Source: Methanobacteriota archaeon
Lineage (GTDB): Archaea; Halobacteriota; Methanosarcinia; Methanosarcinales; Methanosarcinaceae
Direction: 5' to 3'
NCBI GenBank assembly: GCA_023399215.1
Contig: JAEWQJ010000043.1
Coordinates: forward strand, 3,405-67,404
Length of the DNA: 64,000 nt
Numbering within the stretch: the stretch's first letter is position 1; every line of letters begins with the position of its first letter. The position numbers and the translations under genes were made by a program. The notes under the pieces are model-generated. The model saw only the letters and a list, made by a program, of their open reading frames with translations. It was not told the origin of the DNA and made no database searches. This document shows positions 52,053 through 60,935 of this stretch, in pieces.

Positions 52053-52499
52053 TAGAAATCACTCCGGGATACTTGCCCCGGTTATAGATATAAAGCAAAT
52101 ACTTATTCTGCAAGGCATTTACAAAAATTTTGTCAATTGAATTTCTAAGATATGATTGAATATCTATTATTTAACAGCATCGAATGTTCACTATCAGACG
52201 CCATGAATAAACAATTAAAGCATAAGACATGCTGAAAAATAAGCGAAAAATAGAACCCTATCAAAGTAAGCTGAAAAATATAATTGATAGAAACAGCGAA
52301 AAACGTAGTCCGATCAAAGAAGCTGAAAAGGAAATGAACAGATAAAAGTACAGATAAAAGTAAAGTCTAGATTAAAGAAAAATAATTCCGGTAATAAAGT
52401 ATCCGGAGATTAATTAATGTATGTGAATGGAAAAGAGACTGAAGAATTAAATAGATATCATTTTTCAGTCTCGGTTTTTCTCGTTTGAAATGATCCTGC

Positions 52500-52706
52500 T
52501 TATTCAACGAGGCTGGCGAAACCGTATTTGGGAAGAACCCTTTCGATTTTAATCCGGACTTCATCGCCAACTTTGGTGCCTGGGACAAAGATAACAAAGC
52601 CTTCGATACGGGCGATGCCATCTCCCTGGCGAGCGAGATCCTGGATAGTTACATCGTAAACTTCGCCTTCTTCAACAGGAACAGAGCTACTCTCATCTCT
52701 GAACAT
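52500..52706 (-). CDS. TRAM-domain-only protein, copy 1
   Basis: 68 aa from the ATG at 52706: MFRDESSSVPVEEGEVYDVTIQDLARQGDGIARIEGFVIFVPGTKVGDEVRIKIERVLPKYGFASLVE. This is a typical stand-alone TRAM/OB-like domain (GDGIARI.GFVIFVP....GD.V.+KI). Confidence 0.8.
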   Translation of the reverse strand: MFRDESSSVPVEEGEVYDVTIQDLARQGDGIARIEGFVIFVPGTKVGDEVRIKIERVLPKYGFASLVE

Positions 52707-52758
52707 GAAAACCATTCCTAATGACTTAATTAAAGTTGATATGATTTATTTCCCACAT

Positions 52759-52965
52759 TTACTCGACAAGGCTTGCAAATGCAAATTTGGGAAGAACCCT
52801 TTCGACTTTAATCCGGACTTCATCGCCAACTTTGGTGCCCGGGACAAAGATAACAAAACCTTCAATACGTGCTATGCCGTCTCCCTGACGAGCAATGTCC
52901 TGAATTGTTACATCGTAAACTTCGCCCTCTTCGACAGGGACTGAGCGACTTTCTTCTCTGAACAT
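52759..52965 (-). CDS. TRAM-domain-only protein, copy 2
   Basis: 68 aa. It differs from copy 3 at only 2 residues. Confidence 0.8.
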   Translation of the reverse strand: MFREESRSVPVEEGEVYDVTIQDIARQGDGIARIEGFVIFVPGTKVGDEVRIKVERVLPKFAFASLVE

Positions 52966-53020
52966 GAAAAATCATTCCTTTAATTTACTGAATTTAATGT
53001 GGTTACTTTATTTCCCGCAT

Positions 53021-53227
53021 TTACTCGACAACGCTTGCAAATGCAAATTTGGGAAGTACTCTTTCGACTTTAATCCGAACCTCGTCACCAACTTTGGTGC
53101 CCGGGACAAAGACTACAAAACCCTCAATGCGAGCGATGCCGTCTCCCTGACGAGCAATGTCCTGAATTGTTACATCGTAAACTTCGCCCTCTTCGACAGG
53201 GACTGAGCGACTTTCTTCTCTGAACAT
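53021..53227 (-). CDS. TRAM-domain-only protein, copy 3
   Basis: 68 aa: MFREESRSVPVEEGEVYDVTIQDIARQGDGIARIEGFVVFVPGTKVGDEVRIKVERVLPKFAFASVVE. Confidence 0.8.
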   Translation of the reverse strand: MFREESRSVPVEEGEVYDVTIQDIARQGDGIARIEGFVVFVPGTKVGDEVRIKVERVLPKFAFASVVE

Positions 53228-53295
53228 GAAAAATCATTCCTTTAACATAAATTTTAATTAACTTTAATTTAAAGTGGTTACTTTATTTCCCACAT

Positions 53296-53502
53296 TTACT
53301 CAACAATGCTTGCAAATGCAAATTTGGGAAGTACTCTTTCGATCTTAATCTGGACTTCATCGCCAACACTTGTATTCGGGACAAAAACTACAAAACCTTC
53401 AATACGGGCAATGCCGTCTCCCTGGCGAGCAATATCCTGAATAGTTACATCGTAGGTTTCGCCCTCTTCAACGGGCACAGGAGCACGTTCATCTCTAAAC
53501 AT
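53296..53502 (-). CDS. TRAM-domain-only protein, copy 4
   Basis: 68 aa from the ATG at 53502: MFRDERAPVPVEEGETYDVTIQDIARQGDGIARIEGFVVFVPNTSVGDEVQIKIERVLPKFAFASIVE. The track start at 53511 adds MNV. Confidence 0.8.
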   Translation of the reverse strand: MFRDERAPVPVEEGETYDVTIQDIARQGDGIARIEGFVVFVPNTSVGDEVQIKIERVLPKFAFASIVE

Positions 53503-54048
53503 TACATTCATTCCTTTAACTTCTATTAATCAGCTTAAGAAAGCTCTATCGACAGAAAAGAGTAAAAGCAGTACTTGACAAACCAAACTTGATAACCCAA
53601 ATTCAGGAAGTACATATCCTACTTAATCTATTTTCTACTTAATCTATTTGATTAATTGATCCCCAACAGAGCTTCGGATAAGTCAATTAATTGGTCATAC
53701 TCATATTCGCTTGTATATAACGTTTTGCTTTATTATCCATGAAAAAAGGAAAATAATGAAGTTTGGAAAATGTTCAATTCCTAGTTGCCAGACTTCTGAT
53801 TTCTAATTTAAAAGATACATAAATAAGGACGATTCGTCAAAAAAAATAAAACAATTCAGAATAAAAAGATATTTCTCTATTAAATTTAAAAGCTTCTTAG
53901 AAAGAGTTTTCCTGAGAAAGTCTGAATAAACTCTAGAAATTAAGGTTTAATTTCAAAAAGATTAGAAGGATAAGGGATTGTGCCGAAACTTATAAATATT
54001 TAAAGCTCCATTGTGAGAATCGCTCATTTAATGATAATAACAATGCGT

Positions 54049-54122
54049 GGGCCCGTAGCTTAGTCAGGCAGAGCGATGGACTCTTAATCCATAGGCCGGG
54101 GGTTCAAATCCCTTCGGGCCCG
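54049..54122 (+). tRNA. tRNA-Lys (anticodon CUU)
   Basis: A manual cloverleaf fits. The acceptor stem is GGGCCCG/CGGGCCC. The D arm is GCTT-AGTCAGGCA-GAGC. The anticodon stem is ATGGA/TCCAT with loop CT-CTT-AA. The variable loop is AGGCC. The T arm is GGGGG-TTCAAAT-CCCTT. The discriminator is G, and no CCA is encoded. Confidence 0.9.
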
Positions 54123-54410
54123 CTATCGTTATCTATTTCTGAGAATTCTTTAACTGGTTATGAGCATTATTTCACTTGTTTTAGATATTCTTTCACTGAT
54201 GTTAGGCATCATTTTACTAATTTTAGATATACTCTCAATAATTTGATAATAAGCTGACCCTAAAACTCAAAATTACTCTAAACTCCAGTATGCAATAATC
54301 CGTAAATTTTCGAATCACGAAAATAATTTTGAAATTTTACTAATTTGACGGTAAAATTAGTTTTGGGATGGGCTCCTTATTAAAATATCAGTTGCATGTT
54401 TGGAAACGAT

Positions 54411-54576
54411 TAATTGCTAAAAATAGCTATAAACCAATTGCTAAAAATCAATTGTTAAAAATAGCTATAAACCAATTGTTAAAAACCAATTGCTAAAAAT
54501 CAATTGCTAAAAATAGCTATAAACCAATTGTTAAAAACCAATTGTTAAAAACCAATTGTTAAAAACAATTGCTAAA
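54411..54576. repeat. 10-copy array of (C/T)AATTG(C/T)TAAAAA (palindromic CAATTG core), spacing 13-14 or 24 bp
   Basis: CAATTG cores are at about 54412, 54436, 54450, 54474, 54488, 54501, 54525, 54539, 54553 and 54567. A TAGCTATAAAC insert occurs in every third or so unit. The array ends 41 bp before the RHH gene ATG. Confidence 0.85.
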
Positions 54577-54616
54577 TAAGCCTCAAATATATAAAATATC
54601 TCAGGGTGCAGCTCTA

Positions 54617-54787
54617 ATGCCAAAAGTAAGCGTTGAAATCCCTCAAGAACTTCTGGATGACCTTAACAGGCATGTGGGAGATAACAAAAAATTTGTCAGT
54701 CAATCTGATGCTATCCGAACCGCTATTAGAAAAATGCTGGACATGATGGACGAGATCGATAGAAGGCATGGGAGACTCGAGAAGTGA
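54617..54787 (+). CDS. Ribbon-helix-helix (CopG/Arc/MetJ-type) DNA-binding protein
   Basis: 56 aa from the ATG at 54617, with the SD GGGTG upstream. MPKVSVEIPQELLDDLNRHVGDNKKFVSQSDAIRTAIRKMLDMM is a classic beta-strand/helix/helix RHH pattern. The track's upstream start at 54569 lies inside the repeat array. Confidence 0.65.
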   Translation: MPKVSVEIPQELLDDLNRHVGDNKKFVSQSDAIRTAIRKMLDMMDEIDRRHGRLEK

Positions 54788-55052
54788 TTAAAAATCCTGA
54801 AAATTGAAGTAAAACAGTTGAAAGTTTAATGCTATTGATTTCTCAGTTCAACAATGCAAATTATAAACATTGTAAGAATACCCCTTTATTTCCACTGTGT
54901 TTTGATATCTTTCGGCTAATTTTAAGAATTTTGGACTTATAGCAGAGTTTCTACTGGAATAAGAAACATAGCCTGATTTCTCAAGTCATAGACTTTTCAG
55001 GTATGGATTTTCGGGATGAACTTAATATAAAAGTTAATTAAAAATTTAGGGG

Positions 55053-56087
55053 TTAGAGAGATTCCCTGAAATCCCTTATACCCTGAGCTATATTGGAAAG
55101 CAATATAAATGCTATTCTCTGGTTAGGCCAGGAGCCCAGTCCACAGTCAGGACCCACATACTTTATCAGGTTGCCAAAACGCCTGTAGTAAACCCTCAAC
55201 CTTTTAGTTATAGTAGCCGGAGTCTCAAGTCCGCTAACAATTTCTGGAAGGTATTGCTGGTCTTTCCAGACGTTAGTACAGTACTTTTCACTAATGATTC
55301 CTGCCAGGGTATAGATATCAGTTCTTGCAATCCCAAGCCTCAGGAAGCAATCTGTGTCCTCCAGAATTTTCTTGTCTATCAATTCCAAGTAAGAGGGCGT
55401 GCCTGCGGACTCTACCCCTATGACATTTATTGTGGGGACCTGACAGGCAATGTTATAGTAGAGAGGAGAATGAAGGTGAATCTGTACGTCAGCTCCCCAC
55501 TTGCTGGCTGCTTTTGAGGCGCTGGTAAGGGCAGAAATAATATCGTTCTCATCAAAAGCAAGCTCAGGATTCAGCCCTATACTTGGTTCATCAATAGAAA
55601 CCGCTGCAATCTTGAAATTTTTTGCAGATCTCATGGAGTTTCTTACAAAATTATTCACGCTTTTTGCAAAAATAGAATAGATATCCGTGTACCGTGTACC
55701 TCCAAACTCCTTCAGATAAAGTTCCGTTGGACCGGTTACACAGACCCGAACCTTGAGTGTCTCTCCGAATTGTTCCTTATAGGCTTTTGCAACCTTCTCT
55801 ATAGCTTCAAGTTCCGCAATCCTGGAGCACTCAAATTTTACTTCAAAGGGACTGTCACAGCAATTAGAGTCCCGAATAACCTTCAAGAACTGTTCATTCA
55901 TATCCTGATACTGAGGATAGGTAGGAACATCAACACCTGCATCTACTTTTTGCTGAAAAGCGTCATTGATTACCGTAAAGAGTTTCTCATCTTCGGTTCT
56001 CGTTTTAAAGGCATTTTGGACCCATTCCTTACTGACTCCGTCAGGAAGGGGATAACTCCCAATATCGTCAAAGATGATTTCTTCCAT
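55053..56087 (-). CDS. Short MetE-like (Meth_synt_2 C-terminal domain) methyltransferase, paralogue A; possible folate-independent methionine synthase
   Basis: 344 aa. The motifs VSIDEPSIG, IHLHS and GPDCGLGSW correspond to the DEPA, H-x-(C/H) and PDCGL zinc/homocysteine-site motifs of the cobalamin-independent methionine synthase catalytic domain. Confidence 0.6.
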   Translation of the reverse strand: MEEIIFDDIGSYPLPDGVSKEWVQNAFKTRTEDEKLFTVINDAFQQKVDAGVDVPTYPQYQDMNEQFLKVIRDSNCCDSPFEVKFECSRIAELEAIEKVAKAYKEQFGETLKVRVCVTGPTELYLKEFGGTRYTDIYSIFAKSVNNFVRNSMRSAKNFKIAAVSIDEPSIGLNPELAFDENDIISALTSASKAASKWGADVQIHLHSPLYYNIACQVPTINVIGVESAGTPSYLELIDKKILEDTDCFLRLGIARTDIYTLAGIISEKYCTNVWKDQQYLPEIVSGLETPATITKRLRVYYRRFGNLIKYVGPDCGLGSWPNQRIAFILLSNIAQGIRDFRESL

Positions 56088-56213
56088 ATCCTCTTAGTAG
56101 ACCTGTAAGGATTTAGCGTTATTGGAAAGACGGAAAAAATATAAAAAAATAGAAAAATTTGAGAAAAAGTAAAATTTTATTTTGTTATTCGATTGTTCGA
56201 ATACTTAAAATAT

Positions 56214-57260
56214 TTACTCTTCCTGTTTTTTCTTCTCTTCATTAAATTCGTTAATGCCTTTTGCGGTATTCTCAAGAAGTTTGAAGGCAAGCTCCTGATC
56301 CGGCCAGAAAGCTAGCCCACAATCTGGACTTGCATATTTTATCCGGTCTCCAAGAGCAGAATAAGCCGTTTCAAGCCTTTTTTTTACGACTGCCGGAGTT
56401 TCCAGGTCAGTAACGATTTTTTGCATGTACTCCTTTTCCTTCCAGACATTAACCCCATACGTTTCATTGACGATGCCAATAAGACTGGAAATATCGGTTC
56501 TTGAGACTCCGAGCCTGATATAGGTGTCTGAATCCTCAAGCACTTTTTTATCCAGGAGGTTCAGATAAGCAGGAGTTGCCGCGTATTCAAAACCTATAAC
56601 ATTAATAGGGGTCTCACAGATAAGTTTATATTTTAACGGGGAGTGAAGGTGAATTCCCACATCAGCTCCCTGTTTTCGGGCGTAAGTAGAAGCGACAGTG
56701 AGAGCAGAGACGATGTCGGTATCAGAAAACTGGATTCTGTCATTTATTCCGAGGCTTGGTTCATCCAGAGCTATAATCTTTATTTTGAAATTTTTCGCAG
56801 CTTCAAAGGCCTGTTTTATAAAATCTTCAATGTCCAGTGCAAGGATATGATAAGCGTCCTTATAACCCGTTGCCCCGAAGGCCTGGAGGTAGAGATCTGT
56901 TGGACCTGAAATACAAACCCTGACTTCAAGAGTTTCTCCTGTTTCTTCCCTGTACTGTTTTGCAACCTCATCAATTATCTCCAGCTCGAGGATTTTTGCA
57001 TTTTCCTCTTTCAGTACATAAGGTTCATAACAGTTTTTTTCGTCTTTGATAATGTCCAGAAACTGTCCGATCATGTCCCTGAACTGAGGATAAGTGGGAA
57101 CATGCAGCCCCACGTCGATTTTCTTCCGAAAAGCCTCCCTTACAATGGAAAAAAGTTTCTCATCTTCGTCCCGGTTTTCAGCCGCAGTCTCTATCCATTC
57201 CCTTGTAATACCCTCAGGCGTGGGAAGGCTGCCTCCATCAGTAAAAATAATGTCCTGCAT
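56214..57260 (-). CDS. Short MetE-like (Meth_synt_2 C-terminal domain) methyltransferase, paralogue B
   Basis: 348 aa. It is colinear with paralogue A (IALDEPSLG, IHLHS, SPDCGLAFW), with roughly half the residues identical by eye. Confidence 0.6.
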   Translation of the reverse strand: MQDIIFTDGGSLPTPEGITREWIETAAENRDEDEKLFSIVREAFRKKIDVGLHVPTYPQFRDMIGQFLDIIKDEKNCYEPYVLKEENAKILELEIIDEVAKQYREETGETLEVRVCISGPTDLYLQAFGATGYKDAYHILALDIEDFIKQAFEAAKNFKIKIIALDEPSLGINDRIQFSDTDIVSALTVASTYARKQGADVGIHLHSPLKYKLICETPINVIGFEYAATPAYLNLLDKKVLEDSDTYIRLGVSRTDISSLIGIVNETYGVNVWKEKEYMQKIVTDLETPAVVKKRLETAYSALGDRIKYASPDCGLAFWPDQELAFKLLENTAKGINEFNEEKKKQEE

Positions 57261-57480
57261 ACCTCTTATTTAAGACAGTATCAAGTATTATAAGTATTGG
57301 AATTGATTTGAGCTAAAAATTCAAAGCAGAGAAGTCAAAGTAAAGAAGAAAACCAGATTTCCAGATTTTATTTTTTATAGAGATGCATGTTTATAATTAA
57401 TCAATATAGTCATAATTAATTATATTTATGAGAGCAAAACTCGAAGCTGATACGATTATTATCTATCACTTAACTATCTA

Positions 57481-57843
57481 TCAACCGAGTCTGACCGGGC
57501 TTGCAAGAACTTCATCTTTTTCGACTACGACTGCAGTGCCATATGCTAGCAGTTCGGTCATTGCCGAACCTATCTCGGAAGAATCGAACTGGACACTCAC
57601 TACTGCATTGGCTCCAAGAGCCTTTGCATGTTCCTTTAATCGCTCAAGTGCCTGCTCTCTGGACTCGTTCAGGAGTTGCGTGTACTCGTGAATTTCTCCA
57701 CCGACAATTGATCGAAGTCCAGCAGCTATGTTTCCACCGAGCCCACGGCTCCGCACAATCAGACCCCAGGTAAATCCAATAGTCCTTGTGATTTTATAAC
57801 CAGGTAAGTATGGTGTACTGACAATTATAATATCATTCGTCAT
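57481..57843 (-). CDS. YbjQ/UPF0145 family protein
   Basis: 120 aa. PGYKITRTIGFTWGLIVRSRGLGGNIAAGLRSIVGGEIHEYTQLLNESREQALERLKEHAKALGANAVVSVQFD matches the UPF0145 pattern. Confidence 0.75.
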   Translation of the reverse strand: MTNDIIIVSTPYLPGYKITRTIGFTWGLIVRSRGLGGNIAAGLRSIVGGEIHEYTQLLNESREQALERLKEHAKALGANAVVSVQFDSSEIGSAMTELLAYGTAVVVEKDEVLASPVRLG

Positions 57844-58206
57844 GTTATCCTCAATATACTTGTCAATTAGAATTTCTACAAAAATCTATTTTTATGATGG
57901 GTAATCCGTCAATATACAAATAGGTTTTAGTTGTGAAATTTAAGTAATAGGTTCATTATTGCAACTTCATTGCAGATCTTACAGTCGTTTGTGCATGACT
58001 TTACTCACAGTTTGCAGAGAGATTTAACGGAATTAACAGGATAAGCAAAAAAAGGAAAAAGGACTGCCTGAAAACGGGCTTCTCAGGTCTCTATTCCAGA
58101 AAAAGTTTCTTCAATAAATTGTTTACTGTCTCGTCAATCCTCAAGGATTTAACGATTCTGAATAATTGCAATTGATTTTATACGACATTTTGCCAGTTAC
58201 GTGACA

Positions 58207-58617
58207 TCAGTACCTTTTCTTATATTTTCTGAGAACCTCTCTATTTACTTCAAAAACTTTTTCATCAATGTAACTTTTTTCATGAGCCCATCCAAAGAAT
58301 TTGTCAATGACTTTAGCGGCTGTACCTGTAAACTTCTTGCCTCCTCCTACCTCAACTACATAATCATCAAGGAATTCTTTGATTCCTGATGGAGTGAGAT
58401 GCTCAGGGCCGAAAATGTCGCAGTAACTCCTGTTCTCGTGTTCGTGCCGGGCATTATAGAGTTCCCTGTCTTCTTCAGAAAAAGAATCTTCTGCACTGAA
58501 TTCAAGGAATTCCTCGTAAAGAAGGATCACATCTTCAAGATCCAGGAAGGCATCCGGTTTCAAGCTGGCTTCCTGTTCATTCAAGAACATCCGAAAAGCT
58601 TCATTTATCGTGGTCAT
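58207..58617 (-). CDS. Hypothetical acidic protein (136 aa)
   Basis: This is a clean ORF with plausible coding composition. I recognise no motif. The + strand ORFs overlapping it look like shadows. Confidence 0.4.
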   Translation of the reverse strand: MTTINEAFRMFLNEQEASLKPDAFLDLEDVILLYEEFLEFSAEDSFSEEDRELYNARHEHENRSYCDIFGPEHLTPSGIKEFLDDYVVEVGGGKKFTGTAAKVIDKFFGWAHEKSYIDEKVFEVNREVLRKYKKRY

Positions 58618-58930
58618 AATATCCTGCAGCAGTAGTTGTAAATTATCCTTTTTGCTACAAAGGATTTTATATTTTTCTCAAAGCATTCTGCACACAGGAC
58701 TGAATAAATGATTTTCAAAAACCAGCGCCCCTAGAAGGCATCCAGACAGCATCAAACCCGCATATACACATAAACAATAAAACACAAAAGTAAGACTGAG
58801 GAAAAATAAAACAGAAAAGAAAGAAAGAGGAATATCAAGAAAAAAGGGTAAGATCAAGAAAAAAGGGTAAGAAAAGGAAAAAAGGTAAGAAAAGAAAAAA
58901 GGAAAGAGAGAAAAAGAAAAAGAAAAATAT

Positions 58931-60640
58931 TTACATAGATTCGGGAGCTGCAATTCCAAGCGTGTCAAGCGAGTTTGCAAGCACAATCCTTGCGCAGTTC
59001 ACAAGAGCCAATCTTGAAGCCCTGACTTTTTCGTCCTCAGCAGCAATTACAGGGACAAAGCGGTAGAACTGATTAAAAGCATCTGCGAGTTCGCGGGCGT
59101 AGATTGCAAGCACATGAGGCTTGAGTTCGCGGGCTGCGAGATCGATTACGCTGTCAAACGATGCCATCTTCTTGATAAGATCGATTTCAGTATCTTCAAC
59201 AAGAAGAGAAGGATCGATTTCTGCGGAGGGGTTCCAGGCTGCTTCTTCTTTTGCTTTCTCGAGAATACTGCAGGCGCGGGCATGGGAATACTGAATATAA
59301 GGAGCACCCTGCTTCTCAAAATCCAGAGCTTCTTTCCAGTTGAAAACCGTAGACTTTTCAGGGGAGACTCTTACTATATCATATCTTACCGCACCAATTC
59401 CGACCATTTCCGCAACCTGCTTCTTGAACTCTTCAGAGGTCTCAGGACGGCGAGTTTCGACCTGTTCAAGGGCAGCTTCCGTAACCCTGTCAAAGAGCTC
59501 ATCTGCACTTATAAACTGCCCGCGACGGGTGCTCATTGAACCTTCAGGAAGGGAGACAAACTCGAAGATAACGACCTCAGGTTCCTTGACCCCGATTGAG
59601 TTCAGCGTAGCCCTGAGCTGGCCTGAAATCAGCTTGTGGTCAGCTCCGAAAATATCGATTATGCGATCTGCCTGACCGGCTTTCCATTCATGGTAAGCAA
59701 GATCTCTGGTTGTGTAAAGAGAAGTGCCGTTTGAACGCTGGATAACAAGAGTTTTTTTAAACCCGTAATCCGAAAGATCCACCACAAGAGCCCCTTTGTC
59801 CATTTTTGTCCTTCCGGTCGCCTTGATCCGCTCAACAATATCATGTACTGCGCCGGATTTAAGGAAAGTTGATTCACTGACAAATTTATCATGGACAACG
59901 TTTAAACGAAGTAAGGTCTCCTTGATCCCGGAAATCGCCAGAGAAACTGCCTTGTAAAAACTGTCGATTGTCTTGACATCCCCGACTTCTACCTTTTCCA
60001 TAAGAGCGTCGATTTCCTTTACATACTCCGGGTTTTTATCCAGCTCGACATTGGCTTTGATATACACATCAGCAATGGCAGAGTCGGATTTTCTGGAAAG
60101 GTCAAGCTCAAAGCGTTCACACGCCCAGGAAACTACTGCAATCTGGCGGCCCATATCATTGACATAATACTGTACCTCCACATCATATCCTGCTCGCCTG
60201 AGAATGCGGGCAAGAGTGTCCCCGATAATGGAGTTTCGGATGTGACCTACATGCAGCGGGCCATTCGGGTTTGCTGAGGTGTGTTCAAGTAAAATTTTGT
60301 CCTTTGGGGCTCCACAGCCAAATTTCTCTTTCTCTTCAAGGACTGTAGCAACCGTCTTATCCAGATAGCGCCTGCTCGCATGGAAGTTAATGTAAGGGCC
60401 AGAAGCACTTACTTCTCCTATGTACGAACCATCCGGAATTTCAACCGCAGAAACAATGCGGGTTGCGAGTTCTTTCGGGTTTTGCCTGTACAGACTTGCC
60501 AGTCTGAAAGCGGCTCTGCTTGCGAGGTCAGCGTAAGAAGAGGTTTCGAAGTAGAGTTCGGAATCTTCAATTTCAAGTCCGGCCTTTTGGATAGCGTCTT
60601 TTAAGATTGATGTAGCCTGAGCTTTTAATTCCAGGAACAA
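58931..60640 (-). CDS. argS: Arginyl-tRNA synthetase
   Basis: 569 aa. The HIGH-type motif is SANPNGPLHVGHIRN. The KMSK-equivalent is MSTRRG. The C-terminal DALR anticodon-binding domain is present (ARELADAFNQFY). The TTG start has the SD AGGTGA upstream. Confidence 0.92.
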   Translation of the reverse strand: MFLELKAQATSILKDAIQKAGLEIEDSELYFETSSYADLASRAAFRLASLYRQNPKELATRIVSAVEIPDGSYIGEVSASGPYINFHASRRYLDKTVATVLEEKEKFGCGAPKDKILLEHTSANPNGPLHVGHIRNSIIGDTLARILRRAGYDVEVQYYVNDMGRQIAVVSWACERFELDLSRKSDSAIADVYIKANVELDKNPEYVKEIDALMEKVEVGDVKTIDSFYKAVSLAISGIKETLLRLNVVHDKFVSESTFLKSGAVHDIVERIKATGRTKMDKGALVVDLSDYGFKKTLVIQRSNGTSLYTTRDLAYHEWKAGQADRIIDIFGADHKLISGQLRATLNSIGVKEPEVVIFEFVSLPEGSMSTRRGQFISADELFDRVTEAALEQVETRRPETSEEFKKQVAEMVGIGAVRYDIVRVSPEKSTVFNWKEALDFEKQGAPYIQYSHARACSILEKAKEEAAWNPSAEIDPSLLVEDTEIDLIKKMASFDSVIDLAARELKPHVLAIYARELADAFNQFYRFVPVIAAEDEKVRASRLALVNCARIVLANSLDTLGIAAPESM

Positions 60641-60681
60641 GATAAATCACCTGTAAAAACTACGAAAACAATGTGATAGCC

Positions 60682-60835
60682 TTAAATTTACTAAGTTTAA
60701 TTTACTAGTTATAATTCAAGAGCTTTAATTTACTAGTTTTAATTCGAGAGCTTTAATTTACTAGCTTTAATTTACTAGCTTTAATTCAAGAGCTTTAATT
60801 TACTAACTTTAATTCAAGATTTTTAATTTACTAAT
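60682..60835. repeat. ~8-copy array of TTTAATTTACTA(G/A) in the argS upstream spacer
   Basis: TTAATTTACTA cores are at about 60696, 60724, 60752, 60766, 60794 and 60822, with degenerate copies at 60682 and 60708. A ~28-bp higher-order unit is AGCTTTAATTTACTAGNTTTAATTCNAG. Confidence 0.8.
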
Positions 60836-60935
60836 TTAGATTCAGTGATCTAAGGACGGTCTAATTAAAAAAGTATTGGGTAAAAAGTATTGGATAGGAG
60901 TCAAAGTGGGATCAGACTCCGGATCAAATTTCAGA

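Noticed and set aside
54049-58617. Integrated element at tRNA-Lys (tRNA gene followed by repeats, an RHH gene and a hypothetical gene)
   Set aside because: There is no integrase or recombinase. I could find no duplicated copy of the tRNA 3' end (att site). The intervening genes (MetE-like, YbjQ) look like ordinary housekeeping genes.
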